A stretch of DNA of 64,000 nt from Aulosira sp. ZfuVER01. GTDB lineage: Bacteria > Cyanobacteriota > Cyanobacteriia > Cyanobacteriales > Nostocaceae. The notes under the pieces were generated by a model. The model worked only from the letters and a program-made list of their open reading frames with translations, was not told the origin of the DNA and searched no databases. The DNA is taken from the NCBI GenBank assembly GCA_034530615.2, contig JAVRCV020000043.1, positions 1 through 64,000 of the forward strand, in the 5' to 3' direction. A program made the translations under genes and the position numbers. How positions within the stretch are numbered: position 1 is the stretch's first letter; the number at the start of each line of letters is the position of its first letter. Below are positions 39,592 through 50,471 of the stretch, piece by piece.

Positions 39592-40363
39592 CCAGTCACC
39601 CCAACTTCCCCTACTGGCGGCCACTGGGCTTTCTAAAAGCTTTGGTGGCATCAAAGCCGTCAATGACGCCAATATAGAAGTAGCTAAAGGCAGCATTACA
39701 GGCTTGATTGGCCCTAATGGTGCTGGCAAAACTACCTTTTTTAACTTACTTTCTAATTTCATCCGCCCAGATAAAGGGCGAGTGATTTTTGACGGCGAAC
39801 CCATTCACCACCTGCAACCATACCAAATCGCCCAGCAAGGAATAGTTCGCACTTTTCAAGTAGCCCGGACTCTCTCGCGGTTGTCGGTGTTAGAAAATAT
39901 GCTATTGGCAGCGCAAAAACAAACTGGTGAGAATTTTTGGCAGGTGCAGTTACAACCGCACGTTGTGGCGAAAGAAGAAAAGCAACTAACAGAACAAGCA
40001 ATGTTTTTGTTAGAGTCGGTGGGGTTAGCAAAAAAAGCCCATGATTATGCTGGGGGTTTGTCTGGTGGACAACGCAAGCTGCTAGAAATGGGACGGGCGT
40101 TGATGACTAATCCCAAGCTGATTTTGTTAGATGAACCAGCCGCCGGGGTGAATCCCAGATTAATTGATGATATTTGCGATCGCATTCTCAACTGGAATCG
40201 CCAAGATGGCATGACTTTTCTGATTATCGAACACAATATGGATGTGATTATGTCTTTGTGCGATCGGGTTTGGGTACTTGCTGAAGGAAAAAATCTCGCC
40301 GACGGTACACCCGCAGAAATTCAAACTAATCCCAAAGTTTTGGAAGCTTATTTAGGAACATAA
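39581..40363 (+). CDS. natA: Neutral/branched-chain amino acid ABC transporter ATPase (LivG-type)
   Basis: Motifs GPNGAGKT, RTFQ, LSGGQ, LLDEPAAG, IEHNM, EAYLG. Confidence 0.88.
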   Translation: MVNNQSPQLPLLAATGLSKSFGGIKAVNDANIEVAKGSITGLIGPNGAGKTTFFNLLSNFIRPDKGRVIFDGEPIHHLQPYQIAQQGIVRTFQVARTLSRLSVLENMLLAAQKQTGENFWQVQLQPHVVAKEEKQLTEQAMFLLESVGLAKKAHDYAGGLSGGQRKLLEMGRALMTNPKLILLDEPAAGVNPRLIDDICDRILNWNRQDGMTFLIIEHNMDVIMSLCDRVWVLAEGKNLADGTPAEIQTNPKVLEAYLGT

Positions 40364-40677
40364 TGGGGCATGGGGAATGGGGCATGGGGAATGGGGCATA
40401 GGGCATTGGGCATTGCTATTTTAGTTTTGCTACGCCGCAGGCTAACGCACCATCAGAGATTTTCGGTGCCTTAGGACTGATGTCCATAACGCACCCTACT
40501 AGATTCAAGCTAATTTGGATCATGTTTTCCGAGGAGTGTGTACACCGTAGACCTCATACCAATTCTTTATGAAAATGTTCGACAATCCAATAATCGTCTT
40601 CGTAAATCACTCCACCAGGAGCTTTAATTTTTCCAGCTAGGACATTACAAGCAAGACACCCATCTACTAACACGCTC

Positions 40678-41247
40678 TCATCTCCTCCAATAAAGCCCAT
40701 TTTCTCGCTGCATTAATTGAGAAGCAATTAACTCCCGTCGCAAAGTAGCGCAATCAGGATGATAACGCTTGAGAATTTCATTTACTGAGCGTTCGTGGTA
40801 CTGAACTTGCTCCTCAAATTTGCTTGCTAGCCACTTGAGAATCACTAGGCGTTTTTTGCGGCTAGCGGGAATTTCCTTGAGGCGTTGGACAGGTTCTTCT
40901 CCCTCTATATAGTTTTGCAATACTCTGTTCGCCCACACATCACTGTCAAAATCCTCCATTAAAGATGCGATTTTCTCAGGTGTGAAAACTTTCTTACTCA
41001 GGTTTTGCAAATTTTCGCTTTCTAACCGATAGAAGTGGGTGTTACCCTCAGGGCGCATACTCACCAAATCTAATTCTTTGAGTTTCATTAGATGATGGGA
41101 TATCGTCGGTTCTTTGAGTTGTAGTAGCACCGCCAATTCCTCAACGCTGCAATCTTGATTAGCCAAAACCCCTACGATTTTTAATCGACTCTCGTCTGCC
41201 AAAGCTTTAAAAAAGTGCAGCAAGAGTTGAAACTGTTCGTTATGCAT
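40678..41247 (-). CDS. ArsR/SmtB regulator with DUF2087 domain (paralog 2)
   Basis: FKALADESRL, TISHHL..L, LRRELI. Confidence 0.88.
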   Translation of the reverse strand: MHNEQFQLLLHFFKALADESRLKIVGVLANQDCSVEELAVLLQLKEPTISHHLMKLKELDLVSMRPEGNTHFYRLESENLQNLSKKVFTPEKIASLMEDFDSDVWANRVLQNYIEGEEPVQRLKEIPASRKKRLVILKWLASKFEEQVQYHERSVNEILKRYHPDCATLRRELIASQLMQRENGLYWRR

Positions 41248-41332
41248 AACTTCTAATTAGACATACATCTAATTAGAAGTATATCTAATAATATATGTAT
41301 CTGCGCTGACAGCACTATCTGATGAGACGAGA

Positions 41333-41938
41333 TTAGAGACTGGTTCTCAGATCTGTGTTACACCGCCAGTAAACCCCATTTTCGCGCTGCATTAACTGGT
41401 AGCCAATTAACTCACGTCGCAAGGTAGCGTAGTCGGGATGATACCGCTTGAGTGTTTCATTCACTGTTCGTTCTGGGTACTGAACCCCTTCGTCAAATTT
41501 ACTCGCCAGCCACTTGAGAACGACTAGACGCTTTTTGCGACTAGCAGGAATTTCCTTGAGGCGTTGTACTTCCTCTATATTGTTGGTATCAAGCTCTAAA
41601 TAGTTGCTCAAGACTTTGCTTTCCCACGCTTCAGTATCTACATCCTCAATTAAGGATGCTATTTTCTCAGGGGTAAAGATTTCCTTGCTAATATTTTGCA
41701 AAGCTTCGCTATCTAACTGGTAGAAGCGGCTATTGCCTTCAGGGCGCATAGTGACTAAATTCAGTTCCTTGAGTTTTGACAAATGATGAGATACTGTCGG
41801 TTCCTTGAGTTGCAATAGTACTGCTAATTCTTCAACACTGCACTCGTGGTTCGCGAGAATACCCACAATTTTTAATCGGCTCTCATCCGCTAAGGCTTTA
41901 AAAAATCGCAGTAGAGTTTGAAACTGTTCTTTCCTCAT
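41333..41938 (-). CDS. ArsR/SmtB regulator with DUF2087 domain (paralog 1)
   Basis: FKALADESRL, TVSHHL..L, DYATLRRELI. Confidence 0.88.
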   Translation of the reverse strand: MRKEQFQTLLRFFKALADESRLKIVGILANHECSVEELAVLLQLKEPTVSHHLSKLKELNLVTMRPEGNSRFYQLDSEALQNISKEIFTPEKIASLIEDVDTEAWESKVLSNYLELDTNNIEEVQRLKEIPASRKKRLVVLKWLASKFDEGVQYPERTVNETLKRYHPDYATLRRELIGYQLMQRENGVYWRCNTDLRTSL

Positions 41939-42111
41939 AATTTGTTATAATCGAATTCGATTTCGATCTAATTAGAAAGAAATCGAATTAGCTATGTTGT
42001 TCGCCTCTGAACAGGCAGAGGTATGATTTTACTTAGTTGTGAATTATTGTTAATTTTGCGATTTGTTCTGTCAGAAGTTGAGATTTCTTAAGTTGTTCTT
42101 TACATTTCGCT

Positions 42112-42330
42112 ATGTGGAAACCATTCACAAGTAGGAAAAGAGGGAAAGGAAATATACCCAAGCGGGGTACATCCTTAGTACAAGCAGCTAGATTTTTAGG
42201 TGTAGACCAAAGTACTTTGTATATGGCTCTGCAAAAGGGGCAAATTCCCACTAGCAGAAGAAATGGGCGAACTGTCATCAGCCAAGGCGCTTTAATGGAC
42301 TATAAAGCTAGAACTCGACCTGTCCTATAA
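42112..42330 (+). CDS. Excisionase-type helix-turn-helix protein
   Basis: SLVQAARFLGV..STLY.....GQIP..R.G...I. Confidence 0.75.
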   Translation: MWKPFTSRKRGKGNIPKRGTSLVQAARFLGVDQSTLYMALQKGQIPTSRRNGRTVISQGALMDYKARTRPVL

Positions 42331-42595
42331 GCAATTCCCTCATTCAAGTGTCAGCAATTCTGTTAAAAATCTAATCTACCCAATTCCTCAATTGTTTTTT
42401 GATGGTAATAGGGTAATAGGAAAACTTAATCGGAGAATTCCTTTTACCTTATGCCATTAATTTTGATTTTTGCTAGGAACTTAAAATATAGCTAGCAAGT
42501 TTATTTTGCCAAAAAGGCTTAAACATATTAACACAGGTTTTTTTGGTGTTTCTGGTTGAAGATATTTATTTTGCTATTTTCAAAATTTATCAAAA

Positions 42596-42770
42596 ATTTG
42601 GGTCTAAAACCTTGCCCTTCTATAGCGACTTTTTGTAGACTACGCCTAGTCGCCACGGAGCATTCAAGAAACTTCAAACGAACGTGAAGGAATGATAAGA
42701 CTACTAACCAAGTAGCACAACCTAGTGAAGCGTCAAGAAATCCTCAACCCTTTAGGATGAGGAGGTATGC
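42596..42770 (+). mobile_element. Internally deleted IS200/IS605-family (tnpB-type) remnant
   Basis: Left hairpin-like AAAACCTTGCCCTTCTATAGCGACTTT; right end GTGAAGCGTCAAGAAATCCTCAACCCTTTAGGATGAGGAGGTATG resembles tnpB right ends; no ORF. Confidence 0.55.
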
Positions 42771-42938
42771 TAGGTGAGTTAGTATGCGATCGCTTAACTA
42801 TGAAACTACAAGAACAAAGCCAACAATTAGGCAGCCTGAAAGCTCTAATCACAAGCAAAAATCTCTGATGCTGTGCATTATTAGCGCGTTAGAAGTCACC
42901 CCAACGCACCAATAATGCTAAGTCTAGATTTAACTGAT

Positions 42939-44225
42939 TTAGCTAAACTGCTCTTCTGCGTCTAGGTTAAATAACATTTGCAAAGTCTGCATACATCGCC
43001 GTCTGGCTTCCACATCCTGTTGCGCTCGCAATTGCACCATCGGATCGTGTAAAATTTTGTTAACTATTCCTCTTGTTAAAGCTTCGATCACCTCTTGATG
43101 CTTGTCTGCAAATTCCGAACCCAAGCGAGACAATGCTTTTTCCAATTCTTGTTCGCGGATGGTTTCGACTTTATTACGCAAACAGCTAATAGTGGAGACA
43201 GTTTCTAGACTGCGCCACCACACATCAAAGGCTTCTACTTCCTCATCTAATATTTTCTCAGCTTCCTGAGCCATTTTCCGACGGCTTTCATAGTTCTGCG
43301 CCACTACTGCCTTCAAATCATCCACGTTAAACGCTTGCACGTTGGCTAGCTCATTTACATCTGCATGGACGTTACGCGGTACGGAAATATCAAATAGCAT
43401 TAGAGACTGCTGAGGCTCTAAGACCATTTCTAATTTCGCACGATCCAGTATTGGGTCTGTGGCTGAAGTACTGGTAAATACTAAATCACTCCGAGAAATT
43501 ACTGTCATCATTTCCGATAACGGTTGAATTTCCAGAGGTTGATCGGGGAACTGCTTGGCTAATTCTAGGGCGCGATCGCGGGAGCGATTTAAAATACTAA
43601 TTTGCCCAGCGCCTTTAGAAATTAGATGCTGTACCAACAAGCGCGACATTTTACCAGCGCCGAGAATTGCTACACGGCAAGCAGCTAAATTTGCCACCTT
43701 CATTTGCGCTAACTCCACCGCTGCCGAACTGATGGAGACTGCGCCAGTACCAATGCTAGTTTCTGTACGAACTCGCTTGCCTGCTGTTAAAGCTTGTTTA
43801 AATAATCGATTCAAAATTGTTTTTATACCGTTATATTGCTGCCCTAGTTTGTGGGTATTCTTGACCTGAGCCAGAATTTGACCTTCGCCAAGTACCAAAC
43901 TATCTAAACCAGCAGCCACGCGCATCATATGCATCACAGCGTCATCATGCAGCAACATAAACAGGTGTTGCCGCAAAGATGTTACAGGTAATTTACTGTA
44001 TTCAGCCAGAAACTGAGTTACTTCCCGGATACCGTGTTCGGTTTCACCAGTCACGATGTAAATTTCCAGGCGGTTACAAGTACTCAGAATGGCAACTTCG
44101 TCAATATGGGGATAGCTGGTAAGTTGAGCGATCGCACTTTCTGCTTGAGGTTCTGGAATACTCAACTTTTCCCGGATTTCTACTGGGGCTGTTTTATGGC
44201 TTAACCCCACCACTGCTATATTCAT
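42939..44225 (-). CDS. hemA: Glutamyl-tRNA reductase
   Basis: Motifs [32 protein letters not shown]. Confidence 0.97.
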   Translation of the reverse strand: MNIAVVGLSHKTAPVEIREKLSIPEPQAESAIAQLTSYPHIDEVAILSTCNRLEIYIVTGETEHGIREVTQFLAEYSKLPVTSLRQHLFMLLHDDAVMHMMRVAAGLDSLVLGEGQILAQVKNTHKLGQQYNGIKTILNRLFKQALTAGKRVRTETSIGTGAVSISSAAVELAQMKVANLAACRVAILGAGKMSRLLVQHLISKGAGQISILNRSRDRALELAKQFPDQPLEIQPLSEMMTVISRSDLVFTSTSATDPILDRAKLEMVLEPQQSLMLFDISVPRNVHADVNELANVQAFNVDDLKAVVAQNYESRRKMAQEAEKILDEEVEAFDVWWRSLETVSTISCLRNKVETIREQELEKALSRLGSEFADKHQEVIEALTRGIVNKILHDPMVQLRAQQDVEARRRCMQTLQMLFNLDAEEQFS

Positions 44226-44327
44226 CTGCTAATTGGTAATTGCTAAATGGTAAATGGTAAGTGGTGAATGGTCAGTAAAGGAGTTAGGAAGAGAATTCAT
44301 AACTCCTAACTCCTCACTGTTTATCGC

Positions 44328-45365
44328 TTATCGCAATTGTACGGTCTTAGGCGAATCAAACATGTGAATGGTATCTACAAACCGTGCAGTGTTTGACTGG
44401 TTGGAAATAACTAGGCTTTGAGTTCTAGCCCCACCTTTGAAGAAGCGTACACCTTGCATCAGATTTCCAGAGGTGATACCACTAGCAGCAAACAACACGG
44501 TTTCACCAGATGCGAGTTCATGAGCATCGTAGACTTTATCAGGGTCATTGATGTTCATAGATCTCAGACGCTCTAGGTTGGCTTCTTTGCTTTCGCCAAT
44601 TAAACCTGTTTTCACGACTGCTGGATCGTAGATTAGCTGACCTTGGAAGTGTCCACCTAAAGCACGCATTGCGGCTGCGGAAATAACACCTTCAGGGGCA
44701 GCACCGATACCCATCAGCGCATGAATATTAGTACCAGCAAAACCGCAAGAGATGGCTGCACCCACATCACCATCGGAAATCAACTGCACTCTCGCCCCAG
44801 CGTCGCGGATTTCTTTAATCAAATCGTTGTGGCGTTCACGCTTCATAACAACTACCACAAGTTCTTCAATAGAGCGATTTAGACACTCGGAGAGAATTTT
44901 GAGGTTTTCTGTTGCTGACTTGTTAATGTCCACCTTGCCCTTAGCTGCTGGGGGTGCTGCTAACTTCTTCATGTAGAAATCAGGAGCCGCAAATAATCCA
45001 CCTTTTTCGGAAATTGCTAATACAGCCATCGAACCAGGTTGTCCGTATGCTACCAAGTTCGTACCTTCACAAGGGTCAACGGCTATGTCAATTTCGATTA
45101 ATTCATCTGGGTTACAGAAGTCCTTAGCATCTGGACGGGAGCAGATACCCACCTCTTCCCCAATATATAACATAGGGGCGTCATCGCGTTCGCCTTCGCC
45201 AATCACAATGCGACCGCGCATATAAATTTTGTTCATCCGTTCCCGCATTGCTTCCACCGCTACTTGGTCAGCAGTGTTCTTTTCGCCTTTACCCATCCAT
45301 TTGGCGGATGCGATCGCGGCTTGCTCTACTACCTCAATAATCTCTAGTCCAAGTGTATTTTCCAC
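44328..45365 (-). CDS. glpX: Class II fructose-1,6-/sedoheptulose-1,7-bisphosphatase
   Basis: Motifs [25 protein letters not shown]. Confidence 0.97.
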   Translation of the reverse strand: MENTLGLEIIEVVEQAAIASAKWMGKGEKNTADQVAVEAMRERMNKIYMRGRIVIGEGERDDAPMLYIGEEVGICSRPDAKDFCNPDELIEIDIAVDPCEGTNLVAYGQPGSMAVLAISEKGGLFAAPDFYMKKLAAPPAAKGKVDINKSATENLKILSECLNRSIEELVVVVMKRERHNDLIKEIRDAGARVQLISDGDVGAAISCGFAGTNIHALMGIGAAPEGVISAAAMRALGGHFQGQLIYDPAVVKTGLIGESKEANLERLRSMNINDPDKVYDAHELASGETVLFAASGITSGNLMQGVRFFKGGARTQSLVISNQSNTARFVDTIHMFDSPKTVQLR

Positions 45366-45765
45366 AGAGTCGCCCTCTCAACTGCTTGACTTAGCGTCGT
45401 TTTATCTAGCTGTTCCAGTCTTCAAGTCTACCAAAGGGCGGATACCCGTGGAAAATAGTCTTGCTAGGCCTGTTGTTAAGTTTTGCTGCTATAAATTTTG
45501 TCATGTGTCGATTGTGACATTATTAGGATTTTTGCTTAGTCGCATTAAATAGGAATTTATATCAATTACTTAATAGTATATTCTGGAAAAGAAACATTTT
45601 ATTTACTATTAGATGCTAAATCATCGAGTATCCAGATTCTTGTTAAACCTGACAATAATCCCCAAAATCCGCAGCATCAGCAAATGAAGTACAAATTAAT
45701 ATTCATGTTGAACTGTGAGTTTTGACATAGCCTTTTTAAACCAAATAGCCATCTGGAGGTAAATC

Positions 45766-46338
45766 ATGTTTATTGACTACATCACACTCATGTTGATCAA
45801 TATGGTAGCCGGATTATTTTTACTAGCAGATTACGTATATCGAGGAATAGATAGCGATAATCAAAAACGCTGGGTTCCTGGCTTTGGAGTTACAGGTGCG
45901 ATCGCATTTACCACCGGCTTACACATGACCTTTACCTGGCCGATTAGAGGTAGTTTTAACATTGCTTTCGGTGAAACCACTATCCTATTCGGAATCTTGT
46001 TTATTGCAGCTGCGATCGCACTTTCCTTAGGTTGGGATTTACTAACACTGGCAATTTACGCTTTCTTTGCAGGTTTAGCGGCAATTGTTATCGGTTTGCG
46101 CATCATCAATTTGGGTATTACACAGCAACCATTAATGTCTGGTATAGGCTTTATTCTCACTGGCTTAAGTGGCGTTTGTGCTGCACCAACTCTCTATTGG
46201 AAAACAAACCGAACTTGGCGGTTAATCGGGGTAGCGGTATTAATTGTAGCAGCGTTGATTTGGGCATTAACTGGTTATTTAGCTTACTGGAATCATTTAG
46301 AAGGTTTCCAGAAATGGGTTCCAACCCCAATGCGATGA
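45766..46338 (+). CDS. DUF981 family membrane protein
   Basis: MFIDY start, TWP..GS.NI.FGE, several hydrophobic helices. Confidence 0.8.
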   Translation: MFIDYITLMLINMVAGLFLLADYVYRGIDSDNQKRWVPGFGVTGAIAFTTGLHMTFTWPIRGSFNIAFGETTILFGILFIAAAIALSLGWDLLTLAIYAFFAGLAAIVIGLRIINLGITQQPLMSGIGFILTGLSGVCAAPTLYWKTNRTWRLIGVAVLIVAALIWALTGYLAYWNHLEGFQKWVPTPMR

Positions 46339-46416
46339 CTATACAAAAGACGTATTTATCTTGGCAGGGTAAGAAACAGAAATCATCATTAACACCAACG
46401 GATATTGGAGGTATTT

Positions 46417-46629
46417 ATGAGCAAGCCTGATTTCATGACAATGACCCGTCCAGAATTTCGTCAATATATTCTTGAGCATAGGGAAGATGAAGAAGCACTT
46501 CAAATCTACATTGACAGGTTCCAAAACCCCAATGCCAAAGTTTACCCAGCACCCAAGTCATTAGAAGATTTAGAGAATTTCCCCGAAATTCACCGCCAAC
46601 ATCTAGAGCAGCAGCGCAAACAAGGATAA
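46417..46629 (+). CDS. Small hypothetical protein (DUF6887-like)
   Basis: RBS GGAGGT; M.KPDF..M...E.RQY.L.HR.D.EA. Confidence 0.75.
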   Translation: MSKPDFMTMTRPEFRQYILEHREDEEALQIYIDRFQNPNAKVYPAPKSLEDLENFPEIHRQHLEQQRKQG

Positions 46630-46820
46630 AACCAGTCTCAGAATGTAAGGAAGAAAGGAGCAATGGCGTGATCGCATTCTTGCATTTCAGTGTTTATTTT
46701 AAGTGCGATCGCTGCTGAGGAAGGCTAAGATTAATAAATTTCTCTGGCAAAACAAACCGAACTTGGCGGTTAATTGGTACATTACTTAACACCTACTCGG
46801 TTGTTAAACTCCCGAATTTG

Positions 46821-48992
46821 TTATTTATTTGTTGTTATGACTTGTGATAAGCTCTGCAACAAATTCATTGCTGTGTAAGGTTTAGATAAAAAAGCTTTGG
46901 CACCAGCATCCAGAAAATTTTGACGATGAGTAGATAAACCACTGGTAGCAATAATTTTTACATCTGGGTTAATATTGCATAGAATCTGGGTAGTTATTAA
47001 TCCATCCATATTCGGCATCATCATATCCATAAACACTACACTAATTTCTGTCTTATAGTGAGTATAAATATCGATAGCCTCAACTCCATTATTAGCAATT
47101 AGAGTTTTGTAATTATTGTTTTCTAAAGTTAACTTAGTAGTTTGTTGGAGAGATTTTTCATCATCGACAATCAAAATTAACTCACCGTTTCCCTGAGGTA
47201 GTTCTTTTTCGATGATTGACTCAGTAATTGCTTGTGGGACTATCGGTAAGTACACCTGAAACTTTGAACCCTTACCTAATTCGCTCTGCACCTTCACAAA
47301 ACCGCCGAGGTTCTTGACGATACCTAAAACTGTTGATAATCCTAACCCTGTACCTTTACCAACCTCTTTAGTGGTAAAAAATGGCTCAAATATGCGCTCT
47401 AAAAATTCTGGCGGGATTCCCGTTCCTGTATCCGAGATGGTAACAACGTTATAGAATCCTGGTTTCGCCTCAATATCCGTTTGCGCATAGATTTCGTCAA
47501 TCATCCGATTTTCGGCAGTGATGGTAAGCGTACCACCATCAGACATAGCATCACGGGCATTAACACACAGGTTCATCAACACTTGGTGGATTTGGGTAGG
47601 ATCTGCTGAGATCGTTCCCAGATTTGACGTTGGTAGATTGATGCAGATTTCAAGTGATTTAGGAAATGTAGTTTTGACAACTCTCTCAATTTCCTCGATC
47701 GAGTGTTTTAGTTTTAGAGGAATGCGTTTACCTTCTCCTCCGCCTGCAAACGACAGAATTTGCTTGACTAGTTCTTTAGCTCGTTGAGAATTTTCTGCGA
47801 TTATTCTCAATAATTCCCGATTTTGATTGTTAATATCGGGTAATTTCAGCGGTAACAGTTGGGCAACCGTGAGAATAGGCGTCAGTATGTTGTTGAAATC
47901 ATGAGCAATACCGCTAGCCAGAGTACCAAGGCTTTCTAAGCGTTGTAACTGATAAAACTGTCGCTCTAGTAGTTTTTTCTCGGTGAGATCGCTTTCAACA
48001 CAAAGGATAGATTTTGCCTGTCCTGCATCATTACACACTAGAGTCCAGCGACTAGAAACGATGATTGCTTGACCAGATTTAGTAATCTTATTTAGTTCTC
48101 CATGCCATTCGCCTTGTTCTAAAACAGTTTTGCAAGCATCTTCTGCTTGTGATGAAATTTGCTGGTACAACAATTGACGAGAATCTTTACCAACAATTTC
48201 TGCTACCTGCCAGCCGTACAGACTTTCAGCAGCAGAATTCCAATATAAAATTCGATATTCTAAATCGCAGACAAAAATGGCATCGGTAGCAATATCAAGC
48301 AGCGCAGCCTGTTCGCGGATTTTTTCTTCTACTTGCTTGCGATCGCTCAGATCGCGAAACGACCAATATAGACGAACTAATCCCGGACTAGAGCATTCCG
48401 CAGACAAAGAAACAGCAGTAGGCAATAATTCTTTTTGTCTTGGCGTTAAAGACACTTCTCTGTCTTGGAGTAAGTACTTTGCTGTCGAGTAAATGTTTTG
48501 TTGCTGACCTATTGACGGTAAATTATTTCTCATCTGAAGATTTTGCCCATCCTCAGCCAGCAATGTTTTCAGCTTTTCCAGCTGCTCATAAATAATTGCA
48601 CGATCTCCAGAGAACACAAACACACTTAGTGGTTTACCCACTAAGTAATCTTGCCAGACATTGAGTAGGGTATGCGCTGCGTAGTTTGCTTCTAGGATAA
48701 TTCCCCGCTTGTCAGTTACTAAGTAAGCATCTGGAGCAAATTGGAATAAATCTCGGTAGCGCTGACGTTCTAAGTCCAACATTTGGCGAGTATTCTGCAA
48801 TTCCTCGTTTTGTTGGTGTAATTCTTCCGCTGTAACCCTTAACTCTTCTAAGGCTACAGAGAGTTCGGTAATCGCTACTGAAAACAAGTCATTACTAATG
48901 TTAGATGGTGAATTTGTTGGCTGTTGGAGCTGTTCTAAACGCTCTTGAGCAGCAACAATTTGTTGGTCTAATTGCCGATCTTCAGGTGTCAT
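46821..48992 (-). CDS. PAS-domain hybrid sensor histidine kinase/response regulator
   Basis: AHDFNN H-box, NLCVNARDAM, FEPFFTTK..GKGTGLGL, receiver IVDDE...MDMMMP. Confidence 0.93.
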   Translation of the reverse strand: MTPEDRQLDQQIVAAQERLEQLQQPTNSPSNISNDLFSVAITELSVALEELRVTAEELHQQNEELQNTRQMLDLERQRYRDLFQFAPDAYLVTDKRGIILEANYAAHTLLNVWQDYLVGKPLSVFVFSGDRAIIYEQLEKLKTLLAEDGQNLQMRNNLPSIGQQQNIYSTAKYLLQDREVSLTPRQKELLPTAVSLSAECSSPGLVRLYWSFRDLSDRKQVEEKIREQAALLDIATDAIFVCDLEYRILYWNSAAESLYGWQVAEIVGKDSRQLLYQQISSQAEDACKTVLEQGEWHGELNKITKSGQAIIVSSRWTLVCNDAGQAKSILCVESDLTEKKLLERQFYQLQRLESLGTLASGIAHDFNNILTPILTVAQLLPLKLPDINNQNRELLRIIAENSQRAKELVKQILSFAGGGEGKRIPLKLKHSIEEIERVVKTTFPKSLEICINLPTSNLGTISADPTQIHQVLMNLCVNARDAMSDGGTLTITAENRMIDEIYAQTDIEAKPGFYNVVTISDTGTGIPPEFLERIFEPFFTTKEVGKGTGLGLSTVLGIVKNLGGFVKVQSELGKGSKFQVYLPIVPQAITESIIEKELPQGNGELILIVDDEKSLQQTTKLTLENNNYKTLIANNGVEAIDIYTHYKTEISVVFMDMMMPNMDGLITTQILCNINPDVKIIATSGLSTHRQNFLDAGAKAFLSKPYTAMNLLQSLSQVITTNK

Positions 48993-49465
48993 AGGATTGC
49001 CTCGGCTCTTTACTGGTTAGAGTAATATGAAATAGAGGCGCAAATTCGTCTAGATGAACTTGCAACTAATGTAGGTATTCATTGAACGTTTCAATTTGCA
49101 AAGAAAACATTGGCTTGCGTATCCGCAGCATAAGGCTGGAGCAAGTGTAGGCTGTAAAGTCAAAGCCCCGCGATCGCCTGATAAATTCCAAAAATTATTC
49201 AAATACTTGCTCTTCGTTGTTGATCGTCATGAATGGCGCTTTGCTTTGACATTTTATAGCGCTCAAATAAGAGTATATTAAACTTCGGGATTAATCTGTG
49301 CATCTGTGTCGATCGTAGCAGCGCTGATTTGGGCATTAACTGGTTATTTGGCTTACTGAAATCATTGAGAAAGCTTGCAAATATGAGTTCTTGCTGCAAT
49401 GCGATCGCTGATGCCAGTAACGATCTAGGCTAGAGACAATTCACACAAATTGATAAGATGCAAAT

Positions 49466-49780
49466 ATGTTGGATTTTCTCAATCCCCTATTAAATCGCCA
49501 TCCAGAAAGAATTAAGGCTAACGTCGAGATTTACACTTGGCAAACTTGCCCTTACTGCATCCGCGCTAAGATGCTGCTGTGGTGGAAAGGCGTTCAATTT
49601 CAGGAATACAAAATCGACGGCGACGAAGTAGCCAGAGCAAAAATGGCAGAACGAGCTAATGGCCGCCGCACAGTACCGCAGATTTTTATTAATAATCAGC
49701 ATGTTGGTGGCTGTGATGACCTTTATCAGTTAGATACACAAGGTCAACTCGATCCTTTATTAGCCCAAACTGTTGCTTAA
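49466..49780 (+). CDS. grxC: Glutaredoxin 3
   Basis: Motifs CPYC, TVPQIF, GGCDD. Confidence 0.93.
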   Translation: MLDFLNPLLNRHPERIKANVEIYTWQTCPYCIRAKMLLWWKGVQFQEYKIDGDEVARAKMAERANGRRTVPQIFINNQHVGGCDDLYQLDTQGQLDPLLAQTVA

Positions 49781-49874
49781 TTTTAGGCTACTTACAACAG
49801 ACTAAATTAAAAATCTAATTTGCCCGCCAAGGCGGGCTTTATATTGTTTATTGACAAGTATTCTCAATCATTAT

Positions 49875-50360
49875 ATGTTAATTGAATACCCAGGATATCT
49901 TGCCCACCGACAATGGATGACTCGCGCCTTAGAATTAGCACAGGCAGCAGGTGAAGCCGGAGAAGTACCTGTAGGAGCTGTAATTGTTGATGCCTCAGGC
50001 AATATACTGGCAGAGGGTGAAAACAGAAAAGAACGCGACAAAGACCCTACAGATCACGCAGAAATTATTGCCCTTAGGGCAGCTGCTCAAAATTTACAAA
50101 GTTGGCGTCTCAATGAATGCACTCTCTATGTAACTTTAGAACCTTGCCCAATGTGCGCCGGTGCTATTATACACGCCCGTATAGGACTGTTGGTGTATGG
50201 AGTAGACGATACAAAAACTGGTGCAATACGTACTGTTACCAACATCCCTGATAGTGCTGCCTCTAATCACCGTCTACAAGTCCTTGGAGGCATTTTAGAG
50301 TCTGCTTGTCGTCAGCAATTGCAAGCTTGGTTTGCTACCCGACGCCATAAGCAAAATTAG
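49875..50360 (+). CDS. tadA: tRNA adenosine(34) deaminase
   Basis: Motifs EVPVGAV, HAE, TLEPCPMC. Confidence 0.92.
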   Translation: MLIEYPGYLAHRQWMTRALELAQAAGEAGEVPVGAVIVDASGNILAEGENRKERDKDPTDHAEIIALRAAAQNLQSWRLNECTLYVTLEPCPMCAGAIIHARIGLLVYGVDDTKTGAIRTVTNIPDSAASNHRLQVLGGILESACRQQLQAWFATRRHKQN

Positions 50361-50471
50361 CAGACAGAGACGAAACTGTCCAATAGGTAGGACACAAGTC
50401 ATGAAAGAAAATCTACGGTGTAACTAATCAAGGTTTCGTCACATTTTATTTGACAATCAGCAGCCACCATC

